64,000 bases of DNA from Candidatus Aminicenantes bacterium (lineage in GTDB: Bacteria > Acidobacteriota > Aminicenantia > Aminicenantales > Aminicenantaceae): NCBI GenBank assembly GCA_011049545.1, contig DRHQ01000056.1, positions 2,693 to 66,692 of the forward strand, read 5' to 3'. Of this stretch, positions 20,443-29,182 are shown one piece after another; the stretch's first letter is position 1, and every line of letters begins with the position of its first letter. Under the pieces are notes generated by a model. It ran no database searches. It was not told the DNA's origin and was given only the letters and a program-made list of their open reading frames with translations. A program made the translations under genes and the position numbers.

Positions 20443-23400
20443 ATCTTTGGAAATTACTCTGGCGCAGCCTTGCCTATTATCGAAAAACACATCTCTGGGT
20501 CGTCCTAGGAACCCTGATAAGCACGGCCATGCTTGTCGGTGCCCTGGTCATCGGTGATTCTGTTCGCCACAGCCTTCAACAGATTGTGTCTGACAGGCTC
20601 GGAACGACGGAGTTTGCTCTATCTTCAGAGGATCGTTTCTTCGAGGCTCGCTTGGCAGATGACCTGGCGAAATCCCTCGGAACCACCGTTGCTCCCCTGC
20701 TTCAAACGAGAGGGATGGCCATAGCTGAGGGCGGGAAGCGCCGAGTCAACAGCATTCAGGTGGTCGGGATAGATGCCCGTTTTGGAGAGATGGGCGGTGC
20801 TGAGGATTTTTACAGTCAAATTGCTCCCGATGAAGTCATCGTCAACCGTCAGCTTGCAGAACGTCTGGGGGTAGAAAAAAACGATGAGATATTACTCCGG
20901 TTTCAGAAGCTGGATGCTATGCCCAAGGATGCACCTCTTTCTTTGGATTCTGAATCCGCGGTTGCCAGGCGCTTTCGTGTGAGAGGCATTGCCTTGGATT
21001 CTGAATTCGGAAGCTTTAATCTCAAGGCGGATCAAGTCATCCCCAGCACTGCGTTTGTTTCCTTGTCTGGCATATCGCGAGAAATGGGTTTTGCCCAAAA
21101 GGCAAATGTTCTGCTTGTTTCAGAAAGAGAAGGAAATCCTCTGGACATCCAGATAGTGAATGACGCATCCCGGGACGCCTGGACGCTTGCTGATTCCGGT
21201 CTTGAATTGAGGGAAATTCACGGCAAGACCATTGTCGAACTCAGATCGAGTCGAATCTTCCTGGATCCTTCTGTTGTCGACGGCGCCTTGAGTCTAAGCG
21301 AGTCGGCTCAGCCCATACTGACATATTTTGTCAACGAACTGCGCCGAGGCGAGAGATCAACGCCATATTCCTTTATCTCTGCCCCGGGCGCTCCCGTCGT
21401 TCCTCCTGACATGAAAGATGATGAGATCATCATTAATGAATGGCTTGCCAGGGATTTACAGGCGGGTGCGGGTGACCGGCTTCAGCTGACTTATTATATA
21501 CTCGGACCAAGACGTGATCTGGAAGAGTTGAACTCTGATTTCAGGGTGAAGGCTGTAGTGCCGTTGAGAGGAATTTATGCGGATAAAGATTTACTGCCTG
21601 ATTTTCCCGGCTTAGCAGACGAGGCAAACTGCCGCGATTGGAAGCCCGGGATACCTATAGATCTGGATAAGATCCGGGATAAAGATGAGGATTATTGGGA
21701 CGATTACAGGGGAACTCCCAAAGCATTCGTGACTCTGGCCGCAGCTCAGAGGATGTGGGCCAACCGCTTCGGGAATGTTACGGCAGTACGGTTTCCAGGT
21801 TTAAAAAAGGACGATGTACAGAAGAATCTTAAGAAGGCCATAGATCCGTCCGGGCTCGGATTTATCTTCCGGGATCTTAAGAGTGAAGGGCTCCGGGCGA
21901 GTTCACAGTCCGTTAGTTTCGCTCAGCTTTTTCTTGGGCTGAGTTTCTTCATCATCGTCGCGGCTTTGTTATTGACAAGTTTACTGTTTGTTTTCAACAC
22001 AGAAAATCGAACAGAGGAAAACGGGTTGTTTCTCGCCTTAGGATTTTCCTCGAAGGCCGTGAGGCGGTTGGTGCTGCGAGAAGGTGCAGTACTCGTGGTG
22101 CTGGGCAGTTTGCTGGGGAGTTTTGCGGGAATCCTTTATAACCTGCTCATCCTCAAGGCACTGGAAACAGTCTGGCGTGGGGCTGTGGGAACATCGGTAC
22201 TCCATTTTCATTTCAAGTTATCCTCTATCCTTCTGGGGGCATCGGCCGGCATGGTTGCCGCATTGTTCACGATTTGGCTGGTGACCAGGAGACAGATCAG
22301 TCAGCCCATTTCCGGCTTGCAGAAGGGTCTGGCAAAGGTAGAGACAATCTGGAAAAAAAAGCCCGGGATGAGTCTGCTCGTCGGCATTTCATCCTTGCTT
22401 GCAGTCCTGTTCATCCTGGTAGTAACGGATGTTGGAAGAGGAGAAAACGCTTTTACGTTTTTCTTTATTGCTGGCTCCTTGCTTCTGGTCGGCGGGATGG
22501 CGTTGGCAAATGTCATGCTTTATAAATTGGGGAGAAACACAAGAGGAGTACCTCTCAGTCTTCTTAATCTCGGCGCTCGCAATAACGCAAGAAACCGGAT
22601 GCGCAGCATCACCCTGATAGGTCTTCTGGCTTGTGGTGTATTCATCGTTTTCACTGTCGGAGCCAATCGTATCAATGCCCTTAAAGATGCCGAGAGAAAG
22701 GATTCAGGCACGGGTGGATTTGCTCTCTATGGGGAAAGTTCTATTCCTGTTCTGTATGACCTTAACAGCCAAAAGGGGAAGCAGTTTTATGGATTGGAGC
22801 GCCCAGGGACAATAGATGTGAGTTATGTCCAGTTTCGTCTGAAAGAAGGGGATGACGCGAGCTGTTTGAACCTCAATCGTGTTTCAACTCCTCCGTTGAT
22901 CGGCGTCGATCCTGAAGAGCTAAGCAGGCGAAAAGCCTTTACGTTCGCTGAGACGACGGATGAGGTTAATCCGGGAAATCTCTGGTCGATCCTCGAACAA
23001 AATTTATCGGACGGGACTATCCCCGCAGTCGCCGACCAATCTGTTATCGTTTGGGGATTGGGCATGGCGGTGGGTGATTACCTGACATATCTGGATGAAA
23101 AAGGCGAGACCTTTCAACTCAAGCTTGTCGGGGGATTGGCCAATTCGATTTTTCAAGGGAAAATCATCATTTCCGAAAAAGCTTTCATTCAAAAATTTCC
23201 CTCTATAAGCGGGTACCGGCTCTTTCTTGTAGAAGCCCCCTTTGAAAAAATGGATGAAGTTAGAGAAAGCATATCCTGGGCCATGCAGGATCAAGGTCTG
23301 GATTTGATGGCTGCCTCTACCCGGCTGGCAGAGTTTAACACGGTGCAGAACACCTATCTATCCATTTTCCTGATTCTTGGCAGCTTTGGCTTATTATTGG

Positions 23401-23732
23401 GGAGTGTTGGTTTGGGGATAGTCGTCTGGCGCAATGTCAAGGAGCGACAGGGTGAACTGGCACTGCTCCGGGCTGTTGGCTTCACCAAGAAATCCATTCA
23501 AGCCATTATCTTATCTGAGCACATTGGGCTTTTAATCGCTGGGATTTTTTATGGAATTCTTGCTGCGCTGCTGGCGACTCTCCCATCCCTCTTGACTCCC
23601 GGTGCAGAAATCCCGTATCTTATTATATTCATAATATTAATAATTATAGGGCTGAACGGAACAATATGGACGTACTCGGCAGCGTATTTTGCGACGAAAA
23701 AGGATCTCATTCCAGCCCTAAGGAAGGAATAA
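20439..23732 (+). CDS. Large FtsX/MacB-family ABC permease (1097 aa)
   Basis: Two FtsX-type TM blocks (RTEENGLFLALGFS; RQGELALLRAVGF) with large extracytoplasmic domains. Confidence 0.85.
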   Translation: MNLWKLLWRSLAYYRKTHLWVVLGTLISTAMLVGALVIGDSVRHSLQQIVSDRLGTTEFALSSEDRFFEARLADDLAKSLGTTVAPLLQTRGMAIAEGGKRRVNSIQVVGIDARFGEMGGAEDFYSQIAPDEVIVNRQLAERLGVEKNDEILLRFQKLDAMPKDAPLSLDSESAVARRFRVRGIALDSEFGSFNLKADQVIPSTAFVSLSGISREMGFAQKANVLLVSEREGNPLDIQIVNDASRDAWTLADSGLELREIHGKTIVELRSSRIFLDPSVVDGALSLSESAQPILTYFVNELRRGERSTPYSFISAPGAPVVPPDMKDDEIIINEWLARDLQAGAGDRLQLTYYILGPRRDLEELNSDFRVKAVVPLRGIYADKDLLPDFPGLADEANCRDWKPGIPIDLDKIRDKDEDYWDDYRGTPKAFVTLAAAQRMWANRFGNVTAVRFPGLKKDDVQKNLKKAIDPSGLGFIFRDLKSEGLRASSQSVSFAQLFLGLSFFIIVAALLLTSLLFVFNTENRTEENGLFLALGFSSKAVRRLVLREGAVLVVLGSLLGSFAGILYNLLILKALETVWRGAVGTSVLHFHFKLSSILLGASAGMVAALFTIWLVTRRQISQPISGLQKGLAKVETIWKKKPGMSLLVGISSLLAVLFILVVTDVGRGENAFTFFFIAGSLLLVGGMALANVMLYKLGRNTRGVPLSLLNLGARNNARNRMRSITLIGLLACGVFIVFTVGANRINALKDAERKDSGTGGFALYGESSIPVLYDLNSQKGKQFYGLERPGTIDVSYVQFRLKEGDDASCLNLNRVSTPPLIGVDPEELSRRKAFTFAETTDEVNPGNLWSILEQNLSDGTIPAVADQSVIVWGLGMAVGDYLTYLDEKGETFQLKLVGGLANSIFQGKIIISEKAFIQKFPSISGYRLFLVEAPFEKMDEVRESISWAMQDQGLDLMAASTRLAEFNTVQNTYLSIFLILGSFGLLLGSVGLGIVVWRNVKERQGELALLRAVGFTKKSIQAIILSEHIGLLIAGIFYGILAALLATLPSLLTPGAEIPYLIIFIILIIIGLNGTIWTYSAAYFATKKDLIPALRKE

Positions 23733-23792
23733 GCGTTTTATACGTCTAAATAGAAAGCATGAAATGAATAAGAATCAACTTGGAGGAACGTC

Positions 23793-25145
23793 ATGAAGAG
23801 AAAGAATGTATGTGCTGTCTTGACGCTGGCCGTTTGTATGACCGCAGGTTTGGCGCAAGCGCAGGAGAACTGGCCTCACTGGCGAGGACCTCATCACAAC
23901 GGAATCAGTGATTCCACCGGCCTTCCCATGAAGTGGAGCCTGACCGAGAACATTGTCTGGAAGATATCTTTACCTTCATGGAGTGCTGCTACTCCGATAA
24001 TTTGGGGTGACCGTATATTCATCACGTCTCCCTCTAAATCCGAGCCGAAAACAGAGCCGCCAGAACAGGATCAACAACAGAGAAGACGCAGGAGACCCAG
24101 CCTTGATCCCGGAGGCCCGGAGCTATTCCTGTTCTGCATTTCTAAAAAAGATGGCAAGATACTCTGGAAACGTGAGCTGGACAATAAGAACCAGATGCAC
24201 CGCAAGCAAAACGACGCCACACCCTCACCTGTTACTGACGGGAAGCATGTCTGGGTGGTCACAGGGACAGGCAAAGTCACAGCCTTCGACATGAATGGCA
24301 AGCAAATCTGGAAGAAAGATCTTCAGCAGGAATTTGGCCCGTTCGGTCATAATTGGGGCTATGGTTCTTCGCCATTGCTGTACGACGGCAGTCTTATAGT
24401 TGAAGTCCTGCATGGCATGCGAACTGACGACCCCTCTTATATTGTATCTTTCAAGGCGAAGACAGGTAACGTTCAATGGCGGCAGGAACGGCCCACAGAT
24501 GCCCAAAGAGAATCCCCCGATGCGTATACAACTCCGGTTCTTCTCAAACAGGAGGGCAAGACCCAGTTCGTTATTTCTGGAGGGGATTATGTCACGGGGC
24601 ATGACTTCAAAACAGGAAAAGAGATTTGGCGGGCAGCCGGCTTGAATCCTTTGCGCCGGTCCAATTATCGCGTTGTTCCCACTCCCATCATCGTTGGTGG
24701 TCTGATCTATGCCCCAACCCGTAAAAAGCCTCTTTTAGCGCTGAGAGTTGGCGGGACAGGGGATATTACAGAAAGTCACCTTGCTTGGAAGTATGAGGGA
24801 TCAGGTGCCCCGGATGTTCCTTCCCCCGTGTGCGATGGAAAACATTTTTACATGGTTGATGATCGTGGGCTGGTAACATGTTTGGACGCCAAGACAGGAG
24901 CCCTGATTTGGGGACCTGAGGCAACAACGGAAGGTATCGTGAGCGCATCTCCGATACTATCTGAAGGTAAGCTTTATATCTTGAACGAGAAAGCCGTGGC
25001 TTCCATCGTTTCTGTGGGGCCGGAGTTTAAGCTGCTGGCTACGAATGAACTGGACGGAACTTACACCTTAGCGTCACCCGCGGTTTCCGGGTCCCAGCTC
25101 TTTATCAGGACTTCCACACACTTGTATTGTATAAAGTCAAAATGA
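23793..25145 (+). CDS. Secreted PQQ-like beta-propeller protein
   Basis: Signal peptide ending AQA; WPHWRG, ATPSPVTDG, GYGSSP. Confidence 0.85.
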   Translation: MKRKNVCAVLTLAVCMTAGLAQAQENWPHWRGPHHNGISDSTGLPMKWSLTENIVWKISLPSWSAATPIIWGDRIFITSPSKSEPKTEPPEQDQQQRRRRRPSLDPGGPELFLFCISKKDGKILWKRELDNKNQMHRKQNDATPSPVTDGKHVWVVTGTGKVTAFDMNGKQIWKKDLQQEFGPFGHNWGYGSSPLLYDGSLIVEVLHGMRTDDPSYIVSFKAKTGNVQWRQERPTDAQRESPDAYTTPVLLKQEGKTQFVISGGDYVTGHDFKTGKEIWRAAGLNPLRRSNYRVVPTPIIVGGLIYAPTRKKPLLALRVGGTGDITESHLAWKYEGSGAPDVPSPVCDGKHFYMVDDRGLVTCLDAKTGALIWGPEATTEGIVSASPILSEGKLYILNEKAVASIVSVGPEFKLLATNELDGTYTLASPAVSGSQLFIRTSTHLYCIKSK

Positions 25146-25159
25146 AAAGGAGAATAAAG

Positions 25160-26506
25160 ATGATGAAAAAAACTGCAGTTTTGATGGGAATTATTCTTGT
25201 TTTTTCGAATCTGTTTTTTGCTGCAGAAAAATCCTCAGATTACGAAAAATACTGGCACCAATGGCGCGGGCCCTTCATGACGGGTGAATCACCTGGAGGG
25301 GATCCACCTCTCGAGTGGAGTGAGACCAAAAACATAAAATGGAAAATCGCCATTCCCGGCACAGGCCATGCCTCTCCCGTAATTTGGGGAGACCAAATAT
25401 TTATACTGACAGCCGTTGAGACCGATAAAGTTGCTAAACCGGCTGAAGAAAGTGAACCCGCACCGCAGGCTCATCGCGGCATGCCGATTAACAGAACCAC
25501 AAAGATCCATAGATTTGTTATTTTTGCGATCAACCGGCATGACGGTAAAATTCTCTGGGAGCGCACAGTTAAAGAAGAAGTACCACAAGAAGGGATCCAC
25601 GAAATGGGCAGTTGGGCTTCGCATTCACCGGTGACTGATGGTGAACACATCTATGCCTACTTTGGTTCACGTGGTCTGTTTTGTTTTGATATGCTGGGAA
25701 ATCTCAAATGGGATCGGGATTTTGGTCAGCTGAACAAAAGGATGAATTTTGGCGAAGGAAGTTCCCCCGCACTTTATGGGGATAGAATTATCGTGAATTG
25801 GGATCACGAAGGACAGTCGTTTATTATTGCTCTTGATAAAAAGACAGGCAAAAACATCTGGAAGGTGGATCGAGATGAAAGAACTTCGTGGGCAACGCCC
25901 CTTGTCGTCGAGAATAATGGGAAGCTCCAGGTAGTTACAAGTGCCACCAAGCTAGTGCGGAGTTATGACTTTACCACGGGAGAATTGATCTGGGAATGCA
26001 GTGGAATGACTCTGAATGCCATACCGTCGCCTATGGCGGCTGATGGAATTCTGCATGTTATGAGCGGCTTTCGGGGGAACGCCCTGCTGGCCATAGATCT
26101 ATCAAAAGCCAAAGGTAACATCGTAGATTCCGACGCTATTGTCTGGAAACATGACAAAGACACGTCCTACGCACCTTCGGGACTGCTCTTCGATAATAAA
26201 TTGTACTTTCTCAAGAGCAACAATGGGATCCTTTCCTGTTTTGAGGCCAAGAATGGGAAAGAATACTACAGCAGGCAGAGACTTGAAGGAATAGGAAATG
26301 TATTTGCTTCACTGGTCGGAGTTAAGGACAGAGTTTATGTCGTCGGTCAAAAAGGCACAATGTATGTGATTAAGCATGGCCCTGTATTTGAAGTTCTTGC
26401 CAAGAACAAGCTGGATGATAATTTTAGTGCGTCACCTGCAATCGTGGGCAGTATGCTTTACTTACGCGGCTATAAGAATCTTTACTGTATTGAAGAGAAA
26501 AATTGA
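25160..26506 (+). CDS. Secreted PQQ-like beta-propeller protein
   Basis: AGGAG RBS before ATG 25160; signal peptide; WHQWRG, GHASPVIWG, ASHSPVTDG. Confidence 0.85.
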   Translation: MMKKTAVLMGIILVFSNLFFAAEKSSDYEKYWHQWRGPFMTGESPGGDPPLEWSETKNIKWKIAIPGTGHASPVIWGDQIFILTAVETDKVAKPAEESEPAPQAHRGMPINRTTKIHRFVIFAINRHDGKILWERTVKEEVPQEGIHEMGSWASHSPVTDGEHIYAYFGSRGLFCFDMLGNLKWDRDFGQLNKRMNFGEGSSPALYGDRIIVNWDHEGQSFIIALDKKTGKNIWKVDRDERTSWATPLVVENNGKLQVVTSATKLVRSYDFTTGELIWECSGMTLNAIPSPMAADGILHVMSGFRGNALLAIDLSKAKGNIVDSDAIVWKHDKDTSYAPSGLLFDNKLYFLKSNNGILSCFEAKNGKEYYSRQRLEGIGNVFASLVGVKDRVYVVGQKGTMYVIKHGPVFEVLAKNKLDDNFSASPAIVGSMLYLRGYKNLYCIEEKN

Positions 26507-26542
26507 ACTGAATTTAAATCGTTCGTCATATCCTGCTTCGAC

Positions 26543-26659
26543 AAAGAGCTTGCCAGAGAAACGGGACTCTCATACCAGACGCTTATTAATCTATATCTGA
26601 AGGATTGTGCTGAGAATCATAAGAAGCTAAGAGTTCAGTGGATTGAAACCAGTACTTAA
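26543..26659 (+). pseudogene. C-terminal fragment of a BrnA-like (ribbon-helix-helix) antitoxin
   Basis: Manual translation KELARETGLSYQTLINLYLKDCAENHKKLRVQW; no start codon or toxin partner seen. Confidence 0.6.
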
Positions 26660-26692
26660 TCAGCAGCTAGGTTGTTGATGGAGAAAATCATA

Positions 26693-26735
26693 TGGTGGGC
26701 GATACAGGATTTGAACCTGCGACTTCTGTAGTGTG
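26693..26735 (-). repeat. tRNA-Val 3'-end copy (att-like scar)
   Basis: TGGTGGGCGATACAGGATTTGAACCTGCGACTTCT: one mismatch in 35 nt to the tRNA at 51529. Confidence 0.85.
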
Positions 26736-26747
26736 TAGGTAGCTAGG

Positions 26748-28484
26748 TCATTTTTGCGCTTGCACTGGCCTTGTGTAGACTACCTCACCTCCGATAACTG
26801 TCATTTCTGGTTCGATCTTCCAGATATCCTCAGCCGGGATGGTCATGTAATCAACAGGAATGACCACAAAATCAGCAAGCTTCCCTACCTCGATAGATCC
26901 CAAGATGTCTTCCGCATGCATGACGTAGGCACCAGCCATGGTTGCACCCCGTAAAGCCTCTTCTCTGGTCATGGCCTGTTCTGGGAACCAGCCACCCGGA
27001 GGATTATTATCCCGGTCCTGTCTGGTTACCGCAGCGTGCAAGGTGTAAAATGGGTTGTATGGAGTTACAGAATAATCTGTCCCTGTTGCGACCACAACAC
27101 CAAGATCCAATAAATCACTCCAAATATATGCATACTTAATACGTTCAGGTCCTATCCTGGATTCAGCAAAGTGCATATCCTCAATACCACCCGATGGCTG
27201 CATTGAGGCAACAATTCCCAGCTTGGCAAGTCTGGGTATGTCATCAGGAGCAAGCACCTGACAATGCTCAAGAGCGAACCTGGCATCTTTACCGTCTATC
27301 CCAGTTGCCTTCAAAGCCCTTTCGTAGGCGTTAATTGCGATCCGATTAGCACCGTCACCAATGCAATGTATCCTCATATTGAAACCAATTTTTAGCAACT
27401 CGGTCGCAGATTTAGCTAATTCGTCTTCACTTCGTCTAGGTTCCCCATAAAAACCCGGATAGTCGCTGTACTCCTCAAGGAGATGTGCACCCCTTGACCC
27501 TAAAGCTCCATCTGCAAAAGCCTTGACTGATCGGACGAAGTATTTGTTATTATGATTTAGCGGTTTGCCCAGCTTTTTCGCCGCATCCTCCCTAACCATC
27601 TCGTTGATCCTTATTCTGAGCAAACCCACCTCGTAGAGTTTTATTCGTCTTTGAATCTCTTTATAGCCCGTCATGCCGGCACCATGGATAGTCGTGAGTC
27701 CGCTGGCTACGGCCAATTGAGTCCCTTCTACGAGGTTACGACTTCTTTCATAATCGGTCATTGGAGGTAAGGGTGGAATAAGACTTGTTAATTGCGCCGG
27801 TGCCCTTTCTACGAATTCGCCTGTGGGCTCCCCGTTCTTGTCCTTCTTAATATGACCACCCGGAGGATCGGGAGTGTCGCGGGTAATGCCAGCAAGCTCT
27901 AGGGCTTTGCTATTGGCACCGCTGCCATGCGTGTATCGGCGAATATAAACAGGATTATCAGGGGCTACGGCATCAATCAGCTCCTTACGGAATTCTGGCG
28001 GATCCCAAACATCTGACATCCAACCACCTAATACTAACCACCGTGGCTCAGACCCTGGCCGCATTCCTTCCCCAGTAGCCAAACAACGCTTTATCACTTC
28101 CTGCATTCGCTCTACAGAAGCCCACTCACCAATTGCAGCCCTGATGTCTGGAGTTCGTGGATGCAAAATATCTTCTCCCCAACTAATGTGTATATGGGCA
28201 TCATGTAAACCAGGGATTACTGTTTTGCCTTCCAGGTCGAAAACAAAAGTAAGAGGCCCAATATAGGCCTGTGCTCCAGCATCATCCCCCACGTAGATGA
28301 ACTGACCATCTTTTACTGCAATGGCAGAAGCTGTGCTGAATTCTTCATCAACAGTATAGATGTTACCATTGACGTATACTCTATCAGCTTCTTGAGCGTC
28401 ACTAGCCGCTGCCGGTGCTAGTATGAACGATACAAGCAGCACAAAAATAGATAAAATACCGGACAATCTTTTCATTATATTCAT
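26748..28484 (-). CDS. Exported metal-dependent amidohydrolase (YtcJ-like, Amidohydro_3)
   Basis: Signal peptide; PGLHDAHIH, KAFADGALGSRGA, HCIGD, EHCQ, GTD, GSIEVGKLADFV. Confidence 0.9.
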   Translation of the reverse strand: MNIMKRLSGILSIFVLLVSFILAPAAASDAQEADRVYVNGNIYTVDEEFSTASAIAVKDGQFIYVGDDAGAQAYIGPLTFVFDLEGKTVIPGLHDAHIHISWGEDILHPRTPDIRAAIGEWASVERMQEVIKRCLATGEGMRPGSEPRWLVLGGWMSDVWDPPEFRKELIDAVAPDNPVYIRRYTHGSGANSKALELAGITRDTPDPPGGHIKKDKNGEPTGEFVERAPAQLTSLIPPLPPMTDYERSRNLVEGTQLAVASGLTTIHGAGMTGYKEIQRRIKLYEVGLLRIRINEMVREDAAKKLGKPLNHNNKYFVRSVKAFADGALGSRGAHLLEEYSDYPGFYGEPRRSEDELAKSATELLKIGFNMRIHCIGDGANRIAINAYERALKATGIDGKDARFALEHCQVLAPDDIPRLAKLGIVASMQPSGGIEDMHFAESRIGPERIKYAYIWSDLLDLGVVVATGTDYSVTPYNPFYTLHAAVTRQDRDNNPPGGWFPEQAMTREEALRGATMAGAYVMHAEDILGSIEVGKLADFVVIPVDYMTIPAEDIWKIEPEMTVIGGEVVYTRPVQAQK

Positions 28485-28521
28485 CTTATCTGCTCCTTTA
28501 TTCCCTTATCGGAATTACAGT

Positions 28522-28550
28522 AAGATAATAATTATTGCAGGATTTGTCAA
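28522..28550 (-). promoter_or_regulatory. sigma70-like promoter for the amidohydrolase
   Basis: Minus strand TTGACA-17 nt-TATCTT, followed by AAGGAG RBS. Confidence 0.6.
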
Positions 28551-28562
28551 GTTGAATCGAAG

Positions 28563-28605
28563 TGGTGGGCGATGCAGGATTTGAACCTGCGGCTTCTACC
28601 GTGTG
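28563..28605 (-). repeat. tRNA-Val 3'-end copy (att-like scar)
   Basis: TGGTGGGCGATGCAGGATTTGAACCTGCGGCTTCTACCGTGTG: two mismatches in 43 nt, ending in the anticodon loop. Confidence 0.9.
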
Positions 28606-28734
28606 TAAGAAGCATAAAAAGAAGGGAAAGCAGAAAATATAAGGGGTGACCTCTGTAAAACGTTGACTTTTTAGGACATTAGGTTTTCGATATATTTCGA
28701 TATTTTTGCAGATATTTCGATATTCTTGACATAT

Positions 28735-28756
28735 TTTGGGCACAGTTTGGGCACAG
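28735..28756. repeat. Direct repeat TTTGGGCACAG x2, putative integrase arm-type sites
   Basis: Perfect 11-bp tandem repeat; related motif at 51448-51480; three TTTCGATAT units just upstream (28685-28724). Confidence 0.6.
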
Positions 28757-28976
28757 TTTACTCAATACGTCGTGAAATAATTGATTTCGCGCCATATTGT
28801 TCATAAATATTTTGAGATATTTCCGTGGTCACACCACCACTAGTTGTCAAGATGGACCATCTATCGTCAACATCTGGTTACATCCAAGGCAAACTAGTCT
28901 GACTTTTGGCTTAAGCTTACCAGGCTTATCTGGTTTTTGAGGCTCTTTTCTACCTCTTGGCCAATTCCATGAAATT

Positions 28977-29110
28977 CTCTATTTCTTGCGATTTTCTTGT
29001 TGACACTATATCTTTTTCCCAAGTAGTATTGTTGAGACTGTAGCTCAAAGGGTGATAATTTGAAAATATTGAGCGGAGTTTGTTTTGAATAAAAAACCAA
29101 ATTCCTATCC
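28977..29110 (+). mobile_element. Non-coding terminal remnant of an IS91-like element (copy B)
   Basis: Ends in AAAAAACCAAATTCCTATCC; shares CTCTAT(T)TCTTGC..TTTTC..TTGACA with copy A. Confidence 0.5.
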
Positions 29111-29182
29111 TGTAAATTTATATCCTGTAAAAAATCCTTTAAAAACGATTGAACTATCAATTTGAGTCACGAGGCCTAAACT

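Noticed and set aside
26693-28605. Additional functional tRNA genes
   Set aside because: Only 3' halves are present; no D-arm or 5' acceptor strand
28685-28760. CRISPR array
   Set aside because: Repeats are 9-11 bp without unique spacers, and no cas genes are seen
28760-28900. Integrase remnant next to the att scar
   Set aside because: The frames I translated gave no tyrosine-recombinase catalytic motifs
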